The notes under the pieces are model-generated. The model was not told the DNA's origin. It was given only the letters and a program-made list of their open reading frames with translations, and did not search any database. From positions 6,052 to 38,051 of the forward strand of contig JAFXPU010000023.1 of the NCBI GenBank assembly GCA_017527675.1: a stretch of DNA of 32,000 nucleotides, written 5' to 3'. The first letter of the stretch is position 1, and every line of letters starts with the position of its first letter. Of the stretch, positions 25,689-32,000 are shown in pieces. This DNA comes from Bacilli bacterium (lineage in GTDB: Bacteria > Bacillota_I > Bacilli_A > RF39 > UBA660). Position numbers and translations under genes: made by a program.

Positions 25689-26858
25689 ATATAAAATATC
25701 AATATCAACAGTATTCTCAGTTATACCATCAATTTTACCTTCATCAGTCATTTGCCATAACATATAATCACCTTGGTAAGTTGTTTGATCAATATAATGA
25801 GCAAGCCAAATATTAGCATCGCCATAATTGGACCAAACATTTTCTAAATAAAATTTAGAAGAATATAGCATAGCATCATAGCCACCATCTTTCAAAGTTT
25901 TAGCAAAAGCTTTATAGTTTTCACCTAAAGTATGAAGTGACATATGATAAGAATTAAAATCCGTCCAATCCTCAAAATCATAACCAATTGGTAAATCTAG
26001 TTTATCACCATTTAGATTATCAATAATCCACTTAGCAGCTTTTTTAGCACCTTCGGGTGTAGAAGCATTAGTATAAACATAAACAGATACATCTAAACCA
26101 ACTTCTTTAGCTTGTTTATAGTATTCATCAAATTTCATATCCTTTTCATAATTATCATTAGCATCTTTTTGATAACCCATGCGCATTATGACAAATTCAA
26201 TTCCTGCATCTTTTACTTTTTTAAAATCAATATTACCTTGCCATCTTGATACATCTATACCAATAGATGTATTTTCATTTTTATAACTTTTTAAATCATC
26301 CATATAAACATAATTATGTACTCTTGGTTTAGAAGAAGGTAGTTCCTCTAAGACATTTAAATAACTATGATCATAATTTTCATTACCAGATGAATCTTTA
26401 ATAGTTATATCAAATTCATAAGTACCAATTTGATTTAAATTATAATCACCCGTAATTTCACAAGTAGGATTTTCGTCATAATTATCAGCAAATTGAATAC
26501 GTTCACATAAAATAACATCATCACCAATAGAAACATTTATATTCATAGGACTATAAATAAATATAGGTGGTATATCATCAATTACTTCATAAGTTAAATC
26601 ATATTTATATTTATTATCATTATATTTAAATTCTAAAGTATAGTCATGTTTACCAATAGTATCAGTATCAATTGTTTCATCATTTAATATTTCAATATCT
26701 TTATTCTTTATTAATTCCTTAGTTTGATGCTCTTCAAATACCTTAAATTGGTTTTCATTTAATTCAATTTTTACTTCATTAGGTATTATATATGGATCTA
26801 TTTTTTTACCACATCCAACTATAAGTAATAATAAAAAAAGTATATATATTTTCTTCAT
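25680..26858 (-). CDS. Lipoprotein GH25 muramidase (lysozyme) with N-terminal Ig-like (DUF5011-like) modules
   Basis: Signal peptide with lipobox LLIVGC. GIDVSRWQGNIDFKKVKDAGIEFVIMRMGY and C-terminal VDIDILY are typical of GH25. Ig-like repeats (..IGTYEFDITIKDSSGNE). Confidence 0.85.
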   Translation of the reverse strand: MKKIYILFLLLLIVGCGKKIDPYIIPNEVKIELNENQFKVFEEHQTKELIKNKDIEILNDETIDTDTIGKHDYTLEFKYNDNKYKYDLTYEVIDDIPPIFIYSPMNINVSIGDDVILCERIQFADNYDENPTCEITGDYNLNQIGTYEFDITIKDSSGNENYDHSYLNVLEELPSSKPRVHNYVYMDDLKSYKNENTSIGIDVSRWQGNIDFKKVKDAGIEFVIMRMGYQKDANDNYEKDMKFDEYYKQAKEVGLDVSVYVYTNASTPEGAKKAAKWIIDNLNGDKLDLPIGYDFEDWTDFNSYHMSLHTLGENYKAFAKTLKDGGYDAMLYSSKFYLENVWSNYGDANIWLAHYIDQTTYQGDYMLWQMTDEGKIDGITENTVDIDILYKK

Positions 26859-26945
26859 ATTAACCTCAATTCAAATTAATTATACTATATTTTTTATTTA
26901 TTTAAAATAAACCTTTAAAAATACCTTAAAGTAATATGAATTTAC

Positions 26946-26975
26946 TTGATAAATAAGTGTGAAAAATGATAAAAT
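26946..26975 (+). promoter_or_regulatory. Putative promoter TTGATA-18-TGaTAAAAT of the ATPase/VWA operon
   Basis: -35 at 26946-26951 and extended -10 at 26967-26975, in the divergent intergenic region next to the GH25 gene. Confidence 0.45.
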
Positions 26976-26994
26976 AATGATAGTAGGTGAAGGT

Positions 26995-29007
26995 ATGACA
27001 TATCTATCAGCAAAATACGGATTAATGAATAAAAAAAGTATATTTGGATTACACAAGAGTACCATTTTTAAAGGAGCTTATCATGCTGAAGCACGTCTAA
27101 CGGATTTTGCATTTGCTTTAGCTAAAGATACTAGTGGTTACCTTCATGAAAATAGTTGGATAATTATCAATGCTTCTTATCCAGGTTGTCATAAGGGCTC
27201 TGGTGATGTCATTGATAAAAATGGAAGACCTATTTTAATCTTTGATGCCAAAAATCAAATAGACAATAGTCATGGTATTAGACCAGCTATGTGTGTTGAT
27301 GAGGAAAATATAAAATTAATAAAATGTTTACCAAGTTTTATAGTTAATCAAATACCTGATGATCCTGAATATGGTAAAGTTGCAACATTTGAGTATGGAG
27401 AATATCCACAAACTATAGTTGAAGATGAACAGATTGAATTAGAAGAACAATTTCAAAATGGGAAAGTTGTAAAAACGAGAAAGGTATATTCAATTAATAG
27501 TCCTTTTGATGGCGATGGTAATCCTAATACTGATTATTCTCCAATATTTGTTAATGAATATTTCTATCAAGGAAAAAAATATGTCAGATTAGAGATACAA
27601 ACTTTAGATCATGATAGCATAGTTAAACTAATAGATGAAAAAATATGCAAAAAAAATGGTAATGTTGTATGGGTTCGTGTAGAACCTATTAAATGGCTAA
27701 TGGATTTAGAAAATAATATTATTATTTCAAAAGAAATATTAACAAGAGGAATTTCGTATCATAAGTATCCTGTTAAACCAGGCTCTTCTGAGTATGAATA
27801 CTATGAAAATACAAAAATATGTTATTTTTTTAAAAAATATTTTGCAAGTGAAATAATACCAAGTAATGTAAGTAAATTAATTAATAGTAATAATACTATT
27901 CAAAGTAATAGTAGTAATGCAAATACTAGTGCCAGTGTTAGTACTAATGATGAAGTAGGAGGAATTAATATGGCAAATAATGAAGAAGAAAAAAAGGTTA
28001 AAGAAGAAGAGTATAATCCATATGGATTAGATTTTAAGGAAGTATCAGAAGAAGAATTGATTAGAAATGCTGTTAAATCAGGTATATCAGTATTTTTACA
28101 TGGTAAATCATCAGATGGAAAAAGTGCCCGTGTAAAACAAATAGATCCTGATTGTGTCATTCTATATTTAAGAAATGAAACACCAGAAACTTTAACTGGT
28201 AAAAGTGTTTATAATGCTGATTTAGATAAGATGATTGATATTAAACCAGCTTGGTTAGTTAAATTGGAAGAAAAATGTGCAAAAGAACCAGATAAATTAC
28301 ATATTTTATTCTTTGATGAAATATCTAATGCTTTACCAACTGTTCAATCTGCAGCATTTAATATAGTTTTAGATGGTGAAGTAAATGGTAAATGGAAATT
28401 ACCAGCTAATGCTCGTATAGTAGCTGCTGGAAATGAAATTGCTGATTCTTTGGCAGCTAATCAAATTGCTGAACCATTATTCAATCGTTTTGCACATGTT
28501 TATATTAAAACATCTGTAGAAAAATGGTTAGCATGGGCAGAAAAAAGTGGTGTTATTCATCCAGCAATCTATGATTTTATAGCTTGTTATGGGGAAGCGG
28601 TTTTAAGAACTGAGTTTAATGAGAAAACATTAAATGCCGATCCAAGAAAATGGGAAATGGCATCAAGAATGTTAAATGAAACACATAATCCAAGTACAAT
28701 AACATCATTAGTCGGTGAGGAAATAACTAATAAATTTGTTGATTTCTGTACAATGGAAGTTATAGCCTTAGAAGATGTTATATCAGGTGAATGTGATATT
28801 GATCCAGATAATATTAGTAAAAAAGTTATATATGCTTCATTAATGAATTTATCTCAAGTTGATGAACAAAACTTAGAAACCGTAAGAGAATTCGTTAAAC
28901 AATTAGGTGAAGAATATGTATCAACATTTGATGCTTTATGGACTTATGGAGATAAAAAGAAAATAGAAATAATTGATAATTTAAAAAATAAAGATATGCA
29001 AAAATAA
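26995..29007 (+). CDS. AAA+ ATPase (MoxR/AAA_5-like core) with an N-terminal non-ATPase domain of about 340 aa
   Basis: Walker A GKSSDGKS (28102-28125), Walker B ILFFDE (28303-28320), sensor-1-like IVAAGNE, PLFNRF. N-domain motifs HGIRPAM, EYGEYPQ and VEPIKWL resemble the DUF6273-type pattern (from memory). ATG 26995 chosen because a TTGATA-18-TGaTAAAAT promoter (26946-26975) overlaps the upstream candidate starts. Confidence 0.8.
   Translation: MTYLSAKYGLMNKKSIFGLHKSTIFKGAYHAEARLTDFAFALAKDTSGYLHENSWIIINASYPGCHKGSGDVIDKNGRPILIFDAKNQIDNSHGIRPAMCVDEENIKLIKCLPSFIVNQIPDDPEYGKVATFEYGEYPQTIVEDEQIELEEQFQNGKVVKTRKVYSINSPFDGDGNPNTDYSPIFVNEYFYQGKKYVRLEIQTLDHDSIVKLIDEKICKKNGNVVWVRVEPIKWLMDLENNIIISKEILTRGISYHKYPVKPGSSEYEYYENTKICYFFKKYFASEIIPSNVSKLINSNNTIQSNSSNANTSASVSTNDEVGGINMANNEEEKKVKEEEYNPYGLDFKEVSEEELIRNAVKSGISVFLHGKSSDGKSARVKQIDPDCVILYLRNETPETLTGKSVYNADLDKMIDIKPAWLVKLEEKCAKEPDKLHILFFDEISNALPTVQSAAFNIVLDGEVNGKWKLPANARIVAAGNEIADSLAANQIAEPLFNRFAHVYIKTSVEKWLAWAEKSGVIHPAIYDFIACYGEAVLRTEFNEKTLNADPRKWEMASRMLNETHNPSTITSLVGEEITNKFVDFCTMEVIALEDVISGECDIDPDNISKKVIYASLMNLSQVDEQNLETVREFVKQLGEEYVSTFDALWTYGDKKKIEIIDNLKNKDMQK
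28090..28404 (+). repeat. ATPase-core segment duplicated at 31686-32000
   Basis: Gap-free 105-codon alignment with 85 identical residues by hand count. Long near-identical nucleotide runs around Walker A. Confidence 0.85.
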
Positions 29008-29033
29008 AACTAAAATATTGAGGTGAAGTTCCT

Positions 29034-30668
29034 ATGTATAATATAGACAGTTTAAAAAGAAAAATGTTGGTTAAATATCCCTTTTTTGGTAGTGTTGTTG
29101 TAAATGTTAAATATCAAGAAACTAAAGAAGTAGATACAGCATGTACAGATGGTAAAATTATTTACTATAATCCTGAATTTTTAAATTCATTATCATTAGA
29201 AGAGCAAATGTTTTTACTTGCTCATGAAGTATGTCATATAGCCTTTAATCATATTTTAAGAAGTGAAGGAAAGGATGCAAGATTATGGAATATAGCAACC
29301 GATGCTGTTATTAATCAGTTTTTGATGCGTGATGGTTTAAAAATGGTTGAAGGTGGAGTAGATATAGCTGAGGCTATTAACTATGATGCTGAGCAATTAT
29401 ATGAAAAATTATTAAAAGAGCAACAAGAAAAACAACAACAACAGCAACAAAATGGAAATGGTCAAGATCAACAAAAACAAGATGGTCAAGGACAAAGCGG
29501 TAATCAAGGTCAAGATGGTCAAAACCAAGGTGATCAACAAAATGAACAAGGTGAAGATGGTAAGAATCAAGAGGGAGAACAAAATAAACAAGGTGGTCAA
29601 GATCAGCAAAATGAACAAAGTAAGTCTGATCAGGTTCAAAGTAAACAACAAGGTAGTCAAGGACAAAGTGGCCAAGAAGGTAATCAGGAACAATCTCAAA
29701 ATGAAAATAGTCAAGGTGAAAATTCTACAGGTGGCGGTTCTGGATCTGAAGCAGGTAGTGCAAGTGGATCTGGAAATAGTGAAGATGAGATGGATGACCA
29801 AACTAAAAATGATGTTGGACATGATACTCATAAGATGTGGAAAGAAGCTGTAAAAAAACATAATGAGGAATTAAAGAATGCTCAAGAAAATAATAGTACA
29901 GTAGCAACAGACGAAAATGATAAAAAATCTTTTGAAGAAAAACAAAGAGAAAAAAAATTACAACATAAACAAGAAGAAATAGCTGAAAATGGTGAAAAAG
30001 AAGCTTTCAAAAAGAATAGCGAAACCAAAAAATCAATGTTTGAAGAATTAAAAGATGAACTTGCTAATCAAGCCACGTCACCAGCTGGAACAAAATCAAA
30101 AGGTGAAACTAGAAAAGTTGATGATTTAAGTACTAAAGGTTATACTCAATTAATTGATTGGCGTTATATACTAAGAGAAGCAATTCAAAGAAATGCTGAT
30201 TGGTCATATAAGAATGCGGAAATTGAAGATGGTGTTGTTTCTCCAAGATTAGAAGAATTACCAGCACCAGAAACAGAAATAGTATTAGATACTTCTGGTT
30301 CTATTTCAGATACACTTCTAAGAAATTTCTTAAGAGAATGTAAAGTTATTTTTCAAACATCAAATGTTAAGGTTGGATGTTTTGATACAAAGTTTTATGG
30401 TTTTGAAAATATAAGAACTGAAGAAGATATCGATAAAATGGAATTTAAAGGTGGCGGTGGAACTGATTTTAGGGCTGCTATTGGTGCCTTCACTGGCCGT
30501 ACAGAAAATAAAATAATATTTACTGATGGTCAAGCACCAATGCCTGATAAAGCAGTAAATGCCATCTGGGTTGTTTTTGGTGGTACTCAAATTAAACCAA
30601 AAGGAGGGCAAGTTATTGCCATAACTTCAGAACAATTAGAAAAATTAAAGGGTGGAAGAACAAGATAA
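29034..30668 (+). CDS. Putative metallopeptidase-like (DUF2201_N-type) plus VWA-like (DUF2201-type) protein with a long Q/G/N/E/K-rich insert
   Basis: YPFFGS..ACTDGKIIYYNPEF..LLAHEVCHIAFNH..WNIATDAVIN (HEVCH at 29223-29237). C-terminal MIDAS-like DTSGS (30288-30302), GGGGTDF and IIFTDGQ. SD GAGGTGA. Lies 26 nt after the upstream gene. Confidence 0.8.
   Translation: MYNIDSLKRKMLVKYPFFGSVVVNVKYQETKEVDTACTDGKIIYYNPEFLNSLSLEEQMFLLAHEVCHIAFNHILRSEGKDARLWNIATDAVINQFLMRDGLKMVEGGVDIAEAINYDAEQLYEKLLKEQQEKQQQQQQNGNGQDQQKQDGQGQSGNQGQDGQNQGDQQNEQGEDGKNQEGEQNKQGGQDQQNEQSKSDQVQSKQQGSQGQSGQEGNQEQSQNENSQGENSTGGGSGSEAGSASGSGNSEDEMDDQTKNDVGHDTHKMWKEAVKKHNEELKNAQENNSTVATDENDKKSFEEKQREKKLQHKQEEIAENGEKEAFKKNSETKKSMFEELKDELANQATSPAGTKSKGETRKVDDLSTKGYTQLIDWRYILREAIQRNADWSYKNAEIEDGVVSPRLEELPAPETEIVLDTSGSISDTLLRNFLRECKVIFQTSNVKVGCFDTKFYGFENIRTEEDIDKMEFKGGGGTDFRAAIGAFTGRTENKIIFTDGQAPMPDKAVNAIWVVFGGTQIKPKGGQVIAITSEQLEKLKGGRTR
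29410..29800 (+). repeat. Cryptic low-complexity CAA/GGT/GAT-rich coding repeat (Q/G/N/D/E/S-rich)
   Basis: Recurrent CAAGGT, GATGGTCAA and CAAAATGAACAA units. Three reading frames are open across it. Confidence 0.8.
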
Positions 30669-30683
30669 AAAGTTGGTGATCAA

Positions 30684-32000
30684 ATGATTGTACAAAATGG
30701 TAAAGTAACAATTTTTAATAAGGGACATTTAGGTAAACATGGTCCATTAGAAAGAATGTTTTCAGTAGAACCTATAGATAAAACTGTAACAATTTTAAAA
30801 AAACACTATGTTAGAAGGGTATGGCCAACAGATTTAGCCAAAATACTTGGAAGTTTTGACGATAAATATGAACATGCAACCTTATTAGGAGATCCATCTG
30901 CTAGTGGAAATGATCGTCCTCTCTTTAGATGTCTTGATGAAGATGGCAATGTATGCACAATTCGTAATTGTGAACATTTGGATGTAAGACCAATTATACC
31001 TGTTGATGTAACCAAGATGGATAAATCAGAATTAGAGAAGGATTCATTTGGATATATAGTAGTTGAATATGGTGAATATCCTCAATTATGTGGTAGATAT
31101 TGGTTTCATAAACATTTGGAAGCTTATTTTCAAGGTAGTGGCTGCTTTGAAACAGGTCGTTCATTTACCTTAGAAATAAAAGGTCAAAAAATAAAATTTC
31201 CTGAGTATTTTTGTTCCGTAAATGGAAAAAGATATATTCGTTTACCAATCGATTTGTTAAGAGGTAAAAACTGGATGGGTAATGGTGATATTGGTGGCGA
31301 TTCTATATATTTTAGAGATGTTGCTGATAATTTTGGAGCTTTATGGATAGAAGTTAAACCTATTGAATGGTTTCTTGATAAAAAGTCTGGATTACTAATA
31401 AGTTATCGTCCATTACTATCTGGATTTGCAAATAAGGGTTTTTATGATTTTGAAAATTCAGAAATATCTGGTTTTTTAAATAATGAATTTGTTAATGAAA
31501 TTAATGCAAAAATAGATTTTAGTAAATATAAACAAGTTACTGGTGAATCTCCTGAATTATCTAAAGAAGCAGCAGAAGAAGAAAAACGAAAATATCAATT
31601 TAAAAAAGTAAATCCATTTGGTTTTAAATTAGAACCTCAAACACAGGAGCAAACAATAGCAAGTGCTATGAAAGCAAGAGTAGCAGTATTTTTACATGGT
31701 AAGTCATCAGATGGAAAAAGTGCTCGTGTAAAACAAATTGATCCCGATTGCGAAATAGTTTATTTAAGAAATGCAACCCCCGAAAGTTTAAATGGTAAAA
31801 GTGTTTATAATGCTAAAACGGGTGAGATGAAAGATATTAAGCCAACCTGGTTAGTTAGATTAGAAGAAAAATGTGCTAAGGAACCCGATAAACTACATAT
31901 CTTATTCTTAGATGAAATAGCAAATGCCTTACCAAGTATTCAAGGAATAGCTTTCAATATAGTATTGGATAGAGAAGTAAATGGTAGATGGAAATTACCA
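30684..32000 (+). CDS. Second AAA+ ATPase paralog with a divergent N-terminal domain (3'-truncated by the window edge)
   Basis: Not in the supplied track because there is no stop in the window. My translation from ATG 30684 (SD GGTGATC) gives 439 codons with no stop. Walker A GKSSDGKS (31698-31721), Walker B ILFLDE (31899-31916). N-domain motifs DVRPIIP, EYGEYPQ and VKPIEWF. Confidence 0.8.
   Translation, partial: MIVQNGKVTIFNKGHLGKHGPLERMFSVEPIDKTVTILKKHYVRRVWPTDLAKILGSFDDKYEHATLLGDPSASGNDRPLFRCLDEDGNVCTIRNCEHLDVRPIIPVDVTKMDKSELEKDSFGYIVVEYGEYPQLCGRYWFHKHLEAYFQGSGCFETGRSFTLEIKGQKIKFPEYFCSVNGKRYIRLPIDLLRGKNWMGNGDIGGDSIYFRDVADNFGALWIEVKPIEWFLDKKSGLLISYRPLLSGFANKGFYDFENSEISGFLNNEFVNEINAKIDFSKYKQVTGESPELSKEAAEEEKRKYQFKKVNPFGFKLEPQTQEQTIASAMKARVAVFLHGKSSDGKSARVKQIDPDCEIVYLRNATPESLNGKSVYNAKTGEMKDIKPTWLVRLEEKCAKEPDKLHILFLDEIANALPSIQGIAFNIVLDREVNGRWKLP

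Noticed and set aside
26959-26994. 5' extensions of track ORFs. These are GTG 26959 and ATG 26977 for the ATPase, and similarly 2151, 2749, 11498, 13780, 15304, 24533 and 1569.
   Set aside because: The extensions overlap -10 boxes or hairpins, or they lack an SD. An internal ATG or TTG lies at canonical distance from a strong SD and gives sensible N-termini, such as signal/TM starts of the MKK... type.
29410-29800. The Q-rich coding DNA as a true tandem repeat/VNTR or a CRISPR-like array.
   Set aside because: The units are short, imperfect and irregularly spaced, with no constant repeat-spacer period. It is compositional low complexity within a CDS.
29412-29861. A 149-aa minus-strand ORF, and a 133-aa alternative plus-frame ORF (29452-29853), overlapping the VWA-protein gene.
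   Set aside because: Both lie wholly within the purine-rich, stop-poor low-complexity repeat. Their products are compositionally absurd (L/T/F/I or K/V/M runs). They have no SD. The main frame continues into well-supported domains on both sides.
30806-31015. A 69-aa minus-strand ORF, and similar antisense ORFs at 30360-30611, 27900-28160, 20940-21239 and 18957-19163.
   Set aside because: Each is antisense to a long ORF with clear family motifs. None has an SD or promoter, and all are short. They are expected by chance opposite coding sequence.
1-32000. I looked for tRNA/rRNA genes, CRISPR arrays, transposase/integrase genes, terminal inverted repeats and UGA-as-Trp recoding.
   Set aside because: None was found by eye. 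Intergenic regions are short and are explained by promoters and terminators. Trp is encoded by TGG, and long ORFs are intact under the standard bacterial code. Small ncRNAs cannot be excluded without covariance-model searches.

Overview
This is a very AT-rich, gene-dense bacterial segment. Standard code 11 fits: long ORFs are uninterrupted and Trp is TGG. Shine-Dalgarno sites are Bacillota-style (AAGGTGAT / AGGAGG), and many genes have TGnTATAAT extended -10 boxes. I call 28 protein-coding genes plus one pseudogene; 27 of the 29 lie on the + strand. I found no rRNA, tRNA, CRISPR array, integrase or transposase by eye.

Content, in order:
- A TtcA-like PP-loop enzyme.
- Two tandem paralogous membrane proteins.
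- An HD-domain protein.
- Cell-envelope enzymes: a NodB deacetylase, an acyltransferase-3, and further downstream an LtaS-like sulfatase-fold enzyme and a lipoprotein GH25 muramidase.
- A Ham1/ITPase and a small membrane protein.
- A P-type cation ATPase.
- A decayed P-loop kinase-like pseudogene.
- An accessory-looking run of poorly characterised genes: a GNAT, a cysteine-repeat surface protein, a HAD-zincin fusion, an NTase-GNAT fusion, a transglutaminase-like orphan and a degenerate AAA mini-protein.
- A histidine phosphatase.
- Two adjacent ABC exporter operons (FtsX/MacB type and ABC-2 type) that share a conserved upstream DNA element.
- Two orphan genes.

The most interesting part is at the 3' end. 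It is an operon of at least three genes: an AAA+ ATPase with a large non-ATPase N-terminal domain, a metallopeptidase-like/VWA protein carrying a roughly 230-aa low-complexity insert, and a second paralogous ATPase cut off by the window edge. That last ORF is absent from the supplied track because it has no stop codon in the window. I flag this operon as the best candidate for an undescribed MoxR/VWA-type conflict or sensing system.

All family assignments come from motif recognition by eye and from memory of family consensus sequences. No searches were run.
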